64,000 bases of DNA from an uncultured cyanobacterium (GCA_963744145.1 CAVUSO010000001.1:864001-928000), one strand, 5' to 3'; positions 13,213 through 23,987 are shown, numbered from the stretch's first letter. A program made the numbers and translations. The notes: a model not told the origin generated them from the sequence alone.

Positions 13213-14514
13213 TCAATACTGAACTCCGATCAGGTTACCACTTTGCTGCTGCCTCGGTAAATCGATAATCAACTCTGTTCCTCTTCCCAAAGTAGAAAAA
13301 CAAGTTAATTTACCACGATGTTTTTGGGTAATAATTTGGTAACTGATCGGTAGTCCCATTCCCGTACCTTTCCCAACTGGTTTGGTCGTGAAAAATGGAT
13401 TAAATATCTGTTTTTGCATTGCTTCTGTCATTCCTGGTCCATTATCGGCGATCGCAATTCTGACCCAATCGGAATCAACTACCGATGTAGAAATTGTAAT
13501 GGTCGGTGCGAGATAGTGTGGCAGATCAACTGTTACATTTTTTTGTTGTTCTTCTAGTACATCGATCGCATTCACAATTAGATTCATAAATACCTGGTTA
13601 AGTTCCCCAGATAAACATTCTACTTTGGGAATTTTACCATAGCTTTTAATTATTTGGATGGTGGGATGGTCATAATTAGCTCTGAGACGATGTTGTAAGA
13701 TCACTAAAGTATTGTCAATTCCTTCATGAATATTCACCAGTTTAAATCCGGATTCATCTGTCCGTGAAAAATTTTGGAGCGATCGCACTAAATCCCGAAT
13801 CCGATTGGTGCCCATTTGCATTGAATTGAGCAATTTAACTAAGTCTTCTTCTAAAAATTCCAGCTCAATTGTGTCGATTTCAGTTTGAATTTCTAAGTCA
13901 GGTATTGGGTAATGTTTTTGATAAAGCTGAATCAGACTCAGGAGATTTTCAACATATTCTTTCACATAGCCAATATTCCCATGAATAAAGTTAACAGGAT
14001 TATTAATTTCATGGGCAATTCCTGCCATTAATTGTCCTAAACTAGACATTTTTTCAGTTTGGATCATTTGGGGAAATTGCTGAAGTTGATTTAGGGTTTC
14101 CTTTAAGTTTTCTGCTTGCTGTTTTAAAGATACTTGCGATCGCCTTAATTCTAGTTCTATATAGGATTTTTCGCGAATTTCTTGAATTAAAGGTCGATAG
14201 ATGAAAAAGTATAGTGCTGGAGAAATTAGTAGTGATAACAGGGTCGAATCAAGAAAAGCTTCGACTAGATCTGGTATTTTTGGCAAAACTAGAAATAATA
14301 ACATCACAAAAGTCTCAGCCAAAAATACTGAAAGTGCCATTTTCATTAAAAATTCCCATGGATTTCTTAGCTTGATATTTAGATCTATAGAATCTAAATC
14401 AATCTGTTTCAGCTCCATTATCGATTCTTCAATTATCGGTTTTTTCTGATTAGCTGTACTAAATTTTTTAAGTTTTTGGTCTTGATGTTGAGCAGGTGTG
14501 GTAATCATTGTCAA
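13213..14514 (-). CDS. Membrane-bound sensor histidine kinase (HisKA + HATPase_c)
   Basis: Two TM segments, H-box AGIAHEINNPVNF, N-box NQVFMNLIVNA, DNGPG and GKGTGMGL. Confidence 0.92.
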   Translation of the reverse strand: MTMITTPAQHQDQKLKKFSTANQKKPIIEESIMELKQIDLDSIDLNIKLRNPWEFLMKMALSVFLAETFVMLLFLVLPKIPDLVEAFLDSTLLSLLISPALYFFIYRPLIQEIREKSYIELELRRSQVSLKQQAENLKETLNQLQQFPQMIQTEKMSSLGQLMAGIAHEINNPVNFIHGNIGYVKEYVENLLSLIQLYQKHYPIPDLEIQTEIDTIELEFLEEDLVKLLNSMQMGTNRIRDLVRSLQNFSRTDESGFKLVNIHEGIDNTLVILQHRLRANYDHPTIQIIKSYGKIPKVECLSGELNQVFMNLIVNAIDVLEEQQKNVTVDLPHYLAPTITISTSVVDSDWVRIAIADNGPGMTEAMQKQIFNPFFTTKPVGKGTGMGLPISYQIITQKHRGKLTCFSTLGRGTELIIDLPRQQQSGNLIGVQY

Positions 14515-14847
14515 ATTCTTCCGTACAAGTGTTATTGATGGTTAGATGTCAATTTTCAATATTATGTATATCTATATTTTTATAAATAGATATAAAATCA
14601 ATAGTTGATGCTCACACATATTGATATTTGGATGAATTATTTTTCACATAAAGCACACTCCAGCATCGAGCATAACTAATGGTAGATTAGCTCAAAGCAA
14701 AATTAGAATAAGCCAATTTACCTAATTCTAAAAAATATCTAGATAATTTATGAATAATTTGTGAATTACGAGCCAATATTAGTCAAAATTAATAATTTTA
14801 TAATATTAGGCAAAGGAAGAAGTTTTGCCTGAGTATATAGATTAAAT

Positions 14848-14874
14848 AAAAAAACCGGTTTGTAAGCAAACCGG
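14848..14874 (-). terminator. Intrinsic terminator downstream of ftsH2
   Basis: CCGGTTTG-TAAG-CAAACCGG stem followed by a T-run on the minus strand. Confidence 0.7.
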
Positions 14875-14922
14875 ATTACACAAATTGAAAATTAGAACCA
14901 GCGCTCGAATGATAGCGACAGA

Positions 14923-16809
14923 TTAAATTTGAGGTAAAAATTTTTCTTTTTCTGGTACATCTGCATATTCAGATACAATTTGGCGAAATTCTGCCCCATC
15001 AATTGTTTCTTTTTCAATTAACAAATCAACCAGTCGGTCAATCACAGTGCGATTGTCGCGCATAATACCGAGAGCTTTTTGATAACAATGATCAACGATC
15101 CCACGTACTTGACCATCAATCCGAGCAGCGATTTCTTCGGAGTATTCAGAACGAGCCATTAAATCCCGACCTAAAAATACTTCACTTTGTTGACTTTCTA
15201 AGGACAGAGGACCTAAATTCGACATTCCAAATCGAGTTACCATTTGACGAGCCATTCCCGTCACCTGTTGTAAGTCATTACCAGCACCAGTAGTAACTTC
15301 TGCATCTCCGAAAATCACTTCTTCAGCAGCACGACCCCCTAAAGCACCAGTAATTCGAGCCAGGATCTGCGATCGGGAAACCAAACTTTGATCTTCTCCT
15401 GGTGCAAACCAGGTCAAACCGCGAGCTTGTCCACGGGGAACTAAAGTTACTTTCTGCACAGGATCGTGATCCTTAATCAGAGTCCCGACGATCGCATGAC
15501 CAATTTCGTGATAAGCAATCAAACGCTTACTTTTGCTATCAACTAAGGGAGTACCCTCCATCCCAGCAATTACCCGATCGACTGCATCATCAATTTCCAA
15601 CATCGTAATTGCATCTTTGCGACGACGTGCGGTTAAAATTGCTCCTTCATTGAGCAAGTTGGCTAAATCTGCACCAGTAAACCCAGGAGTTCGACGAGCG
15701 ATCGCTTCGAGGGAAACCTCGGGTGCTAACTTTTTATTGCGAGCGTGAACATTAAGAATTTCTAAGCGACCTTTAATATCTGGTGCATCAACAGTGACTT
15801 GTCGGTCAAAGCGACCAGGACGTAACAGGGCTGCATCAAGAACATCAGGACGGTTAGTCGCAGCAATAATAATAATACCTGTATTGCCTTCAAACCCATC
15901 CATCTCCGTCAGTAACTGATTGAGGGTTTGTTCCCGTTCATCATTACCACCACCAATTCCGGCACCCCGTTGACGACCGACCGCATCAATTTCATCAATA
16001 AAGATAATACAGGGTGCATTATCCTTAGCTTTTTTGAACAAATCCCGGACTCGGGAAGCTCCTACTCCCACAAACATTTCCACAAATTCCGAACCAGAAA
16101 TACTGAAGAAGGGAACACCAGCTTCACCAGCGATCGCTTTTGCTAAGAGAGTTTTCCCCGTCCCAGGAGGACCAACCAATAACACACCTTTAGGAATTTT
16201 TGCTCCTACTGCGGTAAAGCGTTCTGGTTTTTTCAAAAATGTAACTACTTCTTGCAATTCTTCTTTTGCTTCTTCAATTCCAGCTACATCATCAAATAGC
16301 ACACCGGTTTTTGCTTCCATTTGAAATCTGGCTCGAGATTTGCCAAAATTCATGGCTTGACCAGGTCCACCACCGACATTATTAGAACGACGGAAGAGAA
16401 AGAATAAACCAGCAATTAACAGTAAGGGAAATACTAAATTGCCCAATAATCCCCAGATCGCACTATTATTACGCATGGGATGAGAATCAAAGCTCACCTT
16501 ACTATCTCTGAGTTGGGCGATTAGTTCTGGAGCGCTAGCTGGGAGATCCACTCTCCATCTTTGGATTTGGTTGTCTAAATCGGGATCAGTAACTTCTACG
16601 ATCGCAGTTCGACTCCCATCGTAGAGATCAACACTAGTTACTCGTCCCGTGTGCAAATATTCTAAAAAGTGGCCGTAGGTCATCCGCGTACTGGCAGTAT
16701 TTTTGCTCATCTCCAGAGAAGAAGGGAAAAATGACCCTTGCCAGAGCAAAAATCCGATGATTCCGGCTGGTAATAACCATAATAGAATGACTTTCCAAGG
16801 AAGTTTCAT
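14923..16809 (-). CDS. ftsH2: ATP-dependent zinc metalloprotease FtsH (FtsH2 type)
   Basis: Walker [12 protein letters not shown] region, HEIGH zinc motif, cyanobacterial FtsH2-like termini. Confidence 0.95.
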   Translation of the reverse strand: MKLPWKVILLWLLPAGIIGFLLWQGSFFPSSLEMSKNTASTRMTYGHFLEYLHTGRVTSVDLYDGSRTAIVEVTDPDLDNQIQRWRVDLPASAPELIAQLRDSKVSFDSHPMRNNSAIWGLLGNLVFPLLLIAGLFFLFRRSNNVGGGPGQAMNFGKSRARFQMEAKTGVLFDDVAGIEEAKEELQEVVTFLKKPERFTAVGAKIPKGVLLVGPPGTGKTLLAKAIAGEAGVPFFSISGSEFVEMFVGVGASRVRDLFKKAKDNAPCIIFIDEIDAVGRQRGAGIGGGNDEREQTLNQLLTEMDGFEGNTGIIIIAATNRPDVLDAALLRPGRFDRQVTVDAPDIKGRLEILNVHARNKKLAPEVSLEAIARRTPGFTGADLANLLNEGAILTARRRKDAITMLEIDDAVDRVIAGMEGTPLVDSKSKRLIAYHEIGHAIVGTLIKDHDPVQKVTLVPRGQARGLTWFAPGEDQSLVSRSQILARITGALGGRAAEEVIFGDAEVTTGAGNDLQQVTGMARQMVTRFGMSNLGPLSLESQQSEVFLGRDLMARSEYSEEIAARIDGQVRGIVDHCYQKALGIMRDNRTVIDRLVDLLIEKETIDGAEFRQIVSEYADVPEKEKFLPQI

Positions 16810-17133
16810 AAGCCACTAGTTTCCCTAATAAATTACGACAACAAGCATTCAGGATCACAAAAACTACGCCCTGGGCGACTCAGCCATTGGCCAACGGGGG
16901 GTCTGCGCTGGGGGAAAGCGATATTTTTGTTTTAATAATCTTAACTTAATTTAACTTAATCATGGTCAAATTGGACAAGATGAAAGAGAAATTGTTGGCT
17001 ATAGTGGCGAATTATGATAAATGTGCGATCGTCATGAGCAAAAATAGATCGATGCCACGATCTGCTGAAACTTTCAGTGTTCTGACCAATTAGCGCATAA
17101 TATGATGAGTATAGGTGGAGTTAACTCGTTCTC

Positions 17134-18294
17134 ATGAATAGCCAACAACCCGTTCAGCCTGCTAGTCTACCGATGAATACCAATCCAACGACTCCTAAAC
17201 CCACTACTGGGACTGGGTATAATCCCAGACCCAGTGTTTCATCTCAAAAACAGATCCTGAGTGTAGATTTAGGTCGGACATCGACGAAAACTTGTGTTAG
17301 TCGTGATGTGAATGGAGTTATTTTCATCCCCGCTAATGTCAAACACTTGACCATCGAACAAGTTAGAGGTGGTGGCTTTGAATCAAAAACTACAGATCCT
17401 TTACTAGATATGTGGGTAGAGTATCAAAATCGCGGCTATGCCATTGGTCAATTAGCGGCAGACTTTGGTGCGGATCTGGGCATTGGACAATCCAAAATTG
17501 AGAATGCAGTGGTAAAAGTCCTCGCCGCAGCTGGATATTTTCAGATCGATGGTGATATATCAGTAGTGTTAGGTCTACCTTATCTGTCCCAAGAACAATT
17601 TGAGCAAGAAAAACAAGACCTGATCAGTCGGCTCACGGCTCGTCATAAACTGACATACCGAGGAGAATCGCTCTCGGTGAACATTATCCAAGTTTGGGTG
17701 ATGCCTGAAGGATATGGTAGTTTGATTTGGAGTGAAGCTCAAGATAAAAAAACTGCCCTCACTCCCGATTTTGCCAATTTGTCGATCGCTGTAGTAGATA
17801 TTGGTCACCAAACAACTGATTTTCTCATGGTAGATGGTTTTCGATTTGCCCGAGGAGCTTCAGAAAGTATCAATTTCGCGATGAATCAGTTTTATACTAA
17901 AGTCGCAGAAAGAATTGCCGAAAAAGTTGACAAAGCTGATCCTAAAGAAATTAGCCAATCTCTCTCTCTGCTCAAAGCAGTTCACGAACCCCAAGGAGAG
18001 CGGTTCTATCGTGCTAAAGGATCGACCAAACCAGTTAATCTTGATGAATTTTTGCCAGAATTAAAGAAAAGTTTTGCTCAAGAATTGTCCGATCGCTTGG
18101 TGAAATGGCTCCCAGAACGGGTGACTGATGTCGTTGTAACTGGTGGTGGAGGAGAGTTTTTCTGGGCAGATTTCCAACCGTTGCTCAAAGAAGCTAAACT
18201 AAAAGCACATTTAGCAGAGCATTCTCGGAAAGCGAATGCCCTAGGACAGTATATCTACGGAGAAGCCCAAATGTTGGCTTCGGCAAACAGATAA
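17134..18294 (+). CDS. ParM/StbA-family actin-like ATPase (chromosomal, CorM-like)
   Basis: Actin-fold motifs SVDLGRTSTK, VDIGHQTTD and VVVTGGGG; VMPEGYG. Confidence 0.85.
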   Translation: MNSQQPVQPASLPMNTNPTTPKPTTGTGYNPRPSVSSQKQILSVDLGRTSTKTCVSRDVNGVIFIPANVKHLTIEQVRGGGFESKTTDPLLDMWVEYQNRGYAIGQLAADFGADLGIGQSKIENAVVKVLAAAGYFQIDGDISVVLGLPYLSQEQFEQEKQDLISRLTARHKLTYRGESLSVNIIQVWVMPEGYGSLIWSEAQDKKTALTPDFANLSIAVVDIGHQTTDFLMVDGFRFARGASESINFAMNQFYTKVAERIAEKVDKADPKEISQSLSLLKAVHEPQGERFYRAKGSTKPVNLDEFLPELKKSFAQELSDRLVKWLPERVTDVVVTGGGGEFFWADFQPLLKEAKLKAHLAEHSRKANALGQYIYGEAQMLASANR

Positions 18295-18310
18295 ACTAAG
18301 GTTTAACCTA

Positions 18311-18967
18311 ATGGTGGCATGGTGGGCTAAAAAAAAATCGGTCACATTTACTTCCGATAGTGCAGACCAAAACTTGCTAGCAGATATTGAACAAGTTTTG
18401 GCTGAACATCAGTATGAAAATTTCAGTGACCTCTGTAAACAAGCCCTCTGGCAATTTTTAGCACAATCTGAATTGGTACAACCTAGTTATAATTCCCCTG
18501 AGCTTTTGTCTCAAATGGCTCAAGCTAAACTCCCAAGTGTTAACACTGGAGCAGGGGAAGTTTCTTCTCAATCTAGTGTGACCAACCAACCAGATGCTAA
18601 ATATATTGCTGAACTACAGCAAAAAATTACTGAGCTTGAACAAAAACTGCAACGTACTCAATCCCCAGAGGAGTCCGTTGGAAGTCAGTCTGTCAATGAA
18701 CTACAGCGTCAATTTGTTGAATTAAAGAATTATGTGGATACGGCTGAATCTAGACGTTTAGCACAATTAGAACATCAGCTCAATCAATTGACTCAAAAAT
18801 TCCAAGAATTGCTGGAAATGAAGGTTAATCAAGAATTAATGGAAAAACCTGTTGGTAAAATTAATCCATCTATCCCCAAAAATCCTGAACCTCAAGAATA
18901 TCCTCCAGCACCTGCTTCAGATGATGATGTGTTAAAGCGTATCGGTTCGATGTTAGATAGTTTTTAA
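18311..18967 (+). CDS. ParR-like partner of the actin homolog (CorR-like), coiled-coil
   Basis: Starts 16 bp downstream of the ParM-like gene; W/K-rich N-terminus, FSDLCKQALWQFL motif, coiled-coil middle. Confidence 0.65.
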   Translation: MVAWWAKKKSVTFTSDSADQNLLADIEQVLAEHQYENFSDLCKQALWQFLAQSELVQPSYNSPELLSQMAQAKLPSVNTGAGEVSSQSSVTNQPDAKYIAELQQKITELEQKLQRTQSPEESVGSQSVNELQRQFVELKNYVDTAESRRLAQLEHQLNQLTQKFQELLEMKVNQELMEKPVGKINPSIPKNPEPQEYPPAPASDDDVLKRIGSMLDSF

Positions 18968-19030
18968 GATTGGCAAAATTCAATTGGTGGGACAGACAAG
19001 ATGTCTGTCCTACAATAGATTCATATATTC

Positions 19031-19180
19031 CAATACAGTTTGTAGGGGCGAAGCATTCGGGCGATAATTTATCACTTACACCAGTTGATCTTATATCCGA
19101 ATGCTTCGCCCTTCGACTACGCTCAGGGTAAACCCTGCTTCGCCGATATCTTCAAAAAAAATCTTAACTGAACCGTATTG
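19031..19180. repeat. REP-like/MITE composite repeat (family also at ~12776-12943, 24932-25066, 28701-28789)
   Basis: GTAGGGGCGAAGCATTCGG...CCGAATGCTTCGCCC palindrome bounded by CAATAC.../...CTTAACTGAACCGTATTG. Confidence 0.75.
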
Positions 19181-19199
19181 TCAAATATTCCACAGATAT

Positions 19200-19793
19200 T
19201 TAGCTAAACTGAGTATTAGATGGTACGATGATTGGTTGACGATTAACCGTATTTTCTAACTCTACCCCAGCCCAGCGACGATAATCAGATAAAAGCTGGT
19301 GCATCAGTCTTTGTTTAATGGTTAACAATACACTACATAACAAAGCATTACCAGCTGCTTCTGAAATTGGTGCAGGAGTCAAGCATAAAGGTGGGGGTAA
19401 TTCTACAATTACTTCTAAATCAGCTTGACCAATCAAACGAGTCACCCCATTAATTTGGGATGGATAAAGCTTACCGAACAGATTTAAGGAAAAACGCTGA
19501 TTAATATACTCAATTCCCCGAATTTCACAAGCGACTGACTTTAAATAAATTGTTTCATTCGCACCTAACCAAACTCTCATGTCTACTGTAGGTTGAATGC
19601 TCAACATCATAAAAGTCAGTGGACGCATGGTCAAACGAAACAATTCTGGACTAAGTTGTTCCATCCGACTGGAGTCTACCAGAGCATATACTAAGCGTTT
19701 TGGTTGACGTAAATAGTGCTGAATGGGCACCGATTGCTCTGGGACAGCAATCTCAACTGATTGTGAAGCTACAAACCTGGTAAGCATGATCAA
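19200..19793 (-). CDS. DUF1997-family protein
   Basis: Cyanobacterial/plant DUF1997-like pattern (IQHYLRQPKRLV...LLSDYRRW). Confidence 0.75.
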   Translation of the reverse strand: MIMLTRFVASQSVEIAVPEQSVPIQHYLRQPKRLVYALVDSSRMEQLSPELFRLTMRPLTFMMLSIQPTVDMRVWLGANETIYLKSVACEIRGIEYINQRFSLNLFGKLYPSQINGVTRLIGQADLEVIVELPPPLCLTPAPISEAAGNALLCSVLLTIKQRLMHQLLSDYRRWAGVELENTVNRQPIIVPSNTQFS

Positions 19794-19998
19794 TTAGGCT
19801 TGGGTAACATTTCTTTTCATCTTGTCTCTTAATTTTACAATTCTTTACAATTTTTTTAAATTGGTTAAGACTGTAATTTCGATAATTTTGCTAGTGTAGC
19901 TCAAAATAGTCAGGAAATTTTAGCCAACTGAGACACGAATTGTCCTAGTCTATATTAGAAAAGTTAATAAAAACAGATAAAATCATCCAGAGCAAAGG

Positions 19999-20865
19999 TT
20001 GAATCCCATGACTGTATCAATTGCCCATTTAGGACCACCTGGCACCTATACGGAAGCAGCAGCTCTCGCTTACGTGAACTATCTGAAACAAGAGACTGGT
20101 AACAAGTGTATATTATGTCCTTATCCTAGCATTCCCCAAACTCTTAGAGCTGTAGTAGAAGCGCAAACAGATCAAGCAGTTGTACCAGTGGAAAATTCAA
20201 CGGAAGGTAGCGTCACCATGACGTTAGATACTCTGTGGAGATTGGATAATTTAGTGATCCAAAGAGCATTAGTTTTACCAATAGTTCACACTTTGATTTC
20301 CTTTGCACCAAATTTGGCAGAAATTAAAACAGTTTATTCCCATCCCCAAGCACTGTCTCAATGTCAGGGTTGGTTAGAAAGATTTTTGTCCCCAGCTCAA
20401 TTAATTCCGACCAATTCAAACACAGAAGCATTACAGCGTTTAAAAGCAGAACCAACCGCAGCAGCGATCGCTTCCGAAAAAGCAGCTAAATTGTATAACT
20501 TACCAATTCTAGCATCAGGAATTAATGATAATCCTGAAAACTCCACTCGTTTTTGGGTGATGAGTTTACAACCTTCCCAGGGAGGTAGTCATACATCTTT
20601 GGGTTTTAGTGTACCAGCTAATGTGCCTGGAGCTTTAACCAAACCTTTACAAGCGTTTGCTGATCGAGGAATTAACTTAAGTCGGATTGAATCTCGTCCT
20701 ACCAAGCGATCGCTTGGTAGTTATTTTTTCTTTATGGACTTAGAAGCGGATATTAGAGAACCATTAGTCCAATCAGCTTTAGAGGAATTAAGATTATATA
20801 CAGAGACTTTGAAAATATTTGGTAGTTATTCCTTATTACCGATTAAATCAGCAGTAGAAAATTAA
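19999..20865 (+). CDS. pheA: Prephenate dehydratase
   Basis: LGPPGTYTE, VPVENSTEGSV, TRF motif and ACT-domain NLSRIESRP. Confidence 0.95.
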   Translation: MNPMTVSIAHLGPPGTYTEAAALAYVNYLKQETGNKCILCPYPSIPQTLRAVVEAQTDQAVVPVENSTEGSVTMTLDTLWRLDNLVIQRALVLPIVHTLISFAPNLAEIKTVYSHPQALSQCQGWLERFLSPAQLIPTNSNTEALQRLKAEPTAAAIASEKAAKLYNLPILASGINDNPENSTRFWVMSLQPSQGGSHTSLGFSVPANVPGALTKPLQAFADRGINLSRIESRPTKRSLGSYFFFMDLEADIREPLVQSALEELRLYTETLKIFGSYSLLPIKSAVEN

Positions 20866-21014
20866 TAACTCAGATTTGTGCTGTAAATAACAGTCCCCGT
20901 TATTATATGTCTCAACAGAAAGATCCGGATCAGGTTGATTTGACCAAGTAGGATAAATTAATCACTCATAAGTTTTACCTACTGACGACCAATTTTGGTC
21001 AGATTCGTGAGAAT

Positions 21015-22124
21015 ATGATAGCAAATCTCAAGATCCAAAACTTCAAACCATTTCAGGATTGCTCACTTCAACTCAAACCCCTAACTCTACTTTCTGGTCT
21101 AAATAGCACTGGTAAATCTTCGGTTTTACAAGTGTTACTTTTATTACGTCAGTCATACCAACAGGGTTTATTACCTCATAAAGGTTTAGCACTTAATGGT
21201 GACCTAGTCCGGATTGGAATCGCTCAAGATGCTCTTTTTGAAGGGTCAAAAGAAAAATCGATCGGGTTTGATATCCAATGGCAAAATTGCCAAAAAGGAA
21301 ATTGGCATTTCCATTATAATCAACAAACGGACATCTTAGAGATTGATTCACCTCCAGCTGCTGCTGAAATTTTTAAATCAAGCATTTTTAGCGATAAATT
21401 CTATTACTTACAAGCAGAGCGGATCGGTTCTCGCTCTTATTTAGAAATAGCTGATCAGCAAGTAAAACAGCATCGTCAACTTGGTACGAGAGGGGAATAT
21501 ACAACACATTTTCTTTCTCTATATGGAGATGAAAAAATTACCAGTCCCCTCCTGAGTCATCCAGAAGAACAATCTCTGAGTCTCATGTCTCAAGTAGAAG
21601 CATGGATGAGAGAAATTAGCCCAGGAATCAGACTGAAAGTTCAATCAAATCCTAGTCTCAATCTCGTCAATTTGCAATGTTGCTATGGATTGAGTGATTC
21701 CTATCTTACTAACAATGTAGGGTTAGGAATTAGTTATAGTTTACCCATAATTGTAGCTCTGCTAACGTCAAAACCCGGAACATTAATCATTATTGAAAAT
21801 CCAGAAGCTCATCTTCATACCAAAGCACAAGCGAAAATTGGTGAATTATTTGCTCTGGTCGCTAATTGTGGGATTCAGATGATTATAGAAACTCACAGTG
21901 AACATATTTTAAATGGGATTCGTCTAGCTGTTTATGCTGGCAAATTACCACCTAAATACCTCCAATTACATTACTTTCATCGTCGCGAACAAAACGGACA
22001 AACAGTCCCAGAAATTATCTCTCCTCGGATTGATAAAAATGGCCGAATTGATTATTGGTCAGCCGGATTTTTTGATGAATGGGAGAAAGGCTTAGATGTT
22101 TTATTAGAATCAGTAGAAAAATGA
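21015..22124 (+). CDS. AAA/ABC-type ATPase with DUF3696-like C-terminus
   Basis: Walker A GLNSTGKS, IENPEAHLH, ETHSEH and C-terminal GFFDEW. Confidence 0.8.
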   Translation: MIANLKIQNFKPFQDCSLQLKPLTLLSGLNSTGKSSVLQVLLLLRQSYQQGLLPHKGLALNGDLVRIGIAQDALFEGSKEKSIGFDIQWQNCQKGNWHFHYNQQTDILEIDSPPAAAEIFKSSIFSDKFYYLQAERIGSRSYLEIADQQVKQHRQLGTRGEYTTHFLSLYGDEKITSPLLSHPEEQSLSLMSQVEAWMREISPGIRLKVQSNPSLNLVNLQCCYGLSDSYLTNNVGLGISYSLPIIVALLTSKPGTLIIIENPEAHLHTKAQAKIGELFALVANCGIQMIIETHSEHILNGIRLAVYAGKLPPKYLQLHYFHRREQNGQTVPEIISPRIDKNGRIDYWSAGFFDEWEKGLDVLLESVEK

Positions 22125-22126
22125 TT

Positions 22127-22894
22127 TTATTGCTCTTGATCTAGACCTAATGACTTTAAGCGATCGCGCAGTTTTTCGGTTTGTTGACGTTCTTGAGCTA
22201 AAGCAGCTAAAGCTTGTTCTTTTGCTTGTTGTTCTTTTTGGGCTCTTTCCGTTCCTAACAAGATTAAATTTTCCTCTTGATCATAAAATCTCAGCCAAGT
22301 GGCATTTTCTTGATAAATTGTACCTGACCATTTCCCTAACCATAATCCTAATATTTCACACCATAACCAACCTTGCTCATTGGGAATAATCTCCTGATAT
22401 TGTCGGTTTGCTCCTAAATTCCATCCTTGGAATGAATCTGGTTGAAACGGATCATAGATAAAGTAATATTGAGTCCGAAACGTCTGTTCATAGATTTTTT
22501 TCTTTTCAGTTTTGTCTTGTTTAGCTGTAGTCGGTGACAGTAATTCTACAATCACATCGGGATAGCGTCCTTCTTCTTCCCACACTACCCATCCTTGTCT
22601 TTCTTTTGTACCATCCACATCTAAGACGACAAAAAAATCTGGTCCGCGAAAATCTTGATTTCTGGCTTGTTTGCTGCTGTAATAAACAAACATATTTCCA
22701 CCAGCAAAAAAATCATCTCTTTCTTGAAGAGCTTCATAGATAGCTTCAATCAAGACATTGATTGCGATGCGATGTCGATTACTTTCCAAGGGGACTCCAT
22801 CATCAAAAATTAAATCGGTTGGGGGAAGAGGTGGTGTCCATTCCTGTGGTGCCAAATTTTCCAGTTCTGGTGGTTGGATCAGATTAGTGGACAT
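22127..22894 (-). CDS. Uma2-family (PD-(D/E)XK) endonuclease
   Basis: GPDFFVV, PDVIVELLSPTT, WLRFYD and a coiled-coil tail. Confidence 0.88.
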   Translation of the reverse strand: MSTNLIQPPELENLAPQEWTPPLPPTDLIFDDGVPLESNRHRIAINVLIEAIYEALQERDDFFAGGNMFVYYSSKQARNQDFRGPDFFVVLDVDGTKERQGWVVWEEEGRYPDVIVELLSPTTAKQDKTEKKKIYEQTFRTQYYFIYDPFQPDSFQGWNLGANRQYQEIIPNEQGWLWCEILGLWLGKWSGTIYQENATWLRFYDQEENLILLGTERAQKEQQAKEQALAALAQERQQTEKLRDRLKSLGLDQEQ

Positions 22895-23102
22895 AGAAAT
22901 ATCCTGCTGGTTGAGATTCTGGTTTCTATTCTATCCTAAACTTCTAGGTACTTGACTAGGATGAGCGATTTTTATCCTTAACTCTTAATGTTGGCGATCG
23001 CGATCATTGATCGCGATCACCAAGTCTATTATGATCTAGAGTAGTGTGGCTGTTTTAGTTTGGTTAATCTCAAAGATTTGGATATATAGCGCAGGATATT
23101 TT

Positions 23103-23987
23103 ATGTCAAAAAATCTCTCTTTTAAAGTTTGTGCTTATTCTTTAGGTATCTTGCTTTTATTTTCCTTTCCTGTATATGCAGAAAAAATTGTTAATCCTCG
23201 TTTGAAATCTCAAACCTATCCAGAGGAACAAATTTTCCCACAACTAGAACAAAGTCAGGTGATTTATTTAGGGGAAACCCATGATCGGATGGCAGATCAT
23301 CAATTACAATTAGAAATTATTCAGAAACTTTATCGACAGAATCCGAAAATAGCGATCGCGATGGAAATGTTCCAAAGACCTGCTCAAAATATTCTGGATC
23401 TTTATGTAGCTGGGAAAATTACAGAAACTGAACTAATTGAACAGACCGAATATCCAAAACGTTGGGGGTTTCTCTGGCAAAATTATCAGGCTATTTTGCA
23501 ATTTGCTCAAGCAAATCAAGTAAAAGTTTTAGCGTTAAATACTCCTTCAGAAATTACTAGAAAAGTGGCTCGTCAAGGATTAGAAAGTCTAACTGAATCA
23601 GAAAGAAAATCTATTCCCCCCTTGACCGAACTGATCACAGATAATTCTGCTTATCGTCAGCTTGTGCTAAATTCTTTTCAGGAACACCACCAAAATAATT
23701 TGGGTTCTAGTGCTTCGTTCGAGAGATTTTTTCTAGCTCAAGTATTATGGGATGAAACTATGGCAGAAACTATTAGTAAGTTTGCTAAAATTAATCCTGA
23801 TTATCAAATCATTGTCTTAGCTGGTCAAATGCACATTGTTTATGGTTTTGGGATTCCGAGTCGAGTAGCAAGAAGATTTGCAAATCGGAAATTATCTCAA
23901 ACTTTAATCCTGCTCAATTCCTCCTTAAACCTAGATAGCTCAGAACAGCCTATGGCAGATTTTCTGTGGTACAATATCCCAAAATAA
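23103..23987 (+). CDS. ChaN-family haem/iron-uptake protein
   Basis: IYLGETHD, AMEMFQ, QVLWDETMA and LAGQMH. ATG at 23103 is preferred over the ORF start at 23046. Confidence 0.8.
   Translation: MSKNLSFKVCAYSLGILLLFSFPVYAEKIVNPRLKSQTYPEEQIFPQLEQSQVIYLGETHDRMADHQLQLEIIQKLYRQNPKIAIAMEMFQRPAQNILDLYVAGKITETELIEQTEYPKRWGFLWQNYQAILQFAQANQVKVLALNTPSEITRKVARQGLESLTESERKSIPPLTELITDNSAYRQLVLNSFQEHHQNNLGSSASFERFFLAQVLWDETMAETISKFAKINPDYQIIVLAGQMHIVYGFGIPSRVARRFANRKLSQTLILLNSSLNLDSSEQPMADFLWYNIPK

Larger units (their letters stand above)
1..13223 (+). CRISPR. Large CRISPR array, type I-D-like repeat CTTTCTCAATACTGAATCCCGGCAACGGGACTGAAAC (37 bp); truncated by the left window edge and interrupted by two insertions
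   Basis: Identical 37-bp repeats with a TCCCG-GCAA-CGGGA hairpin and GAAAC 3' end recur every ~74 bp from 1 to 11664 (about 158 repeats, estimated from mean spacing). Further copies at 12465-12501, 12538-12574, 12610-12643 (completed at 13098-13103), 13139-13175 and partial 13208-13223. Degeneration toward the right marks the trailer. The repeat resembles the Synechocystis PCC 6803 CRISPR1 (I-D) repeat. Confidence 0.97.

Noticed and set aside
13139-13223. Apparent stand-alone mini-array (CAST homing guide, CreA or solitary-repeat-like)
   Set aside because: Removing the 12644-13097 insertion restores a continuous repeat-spacer register, so this is just the array trailer.
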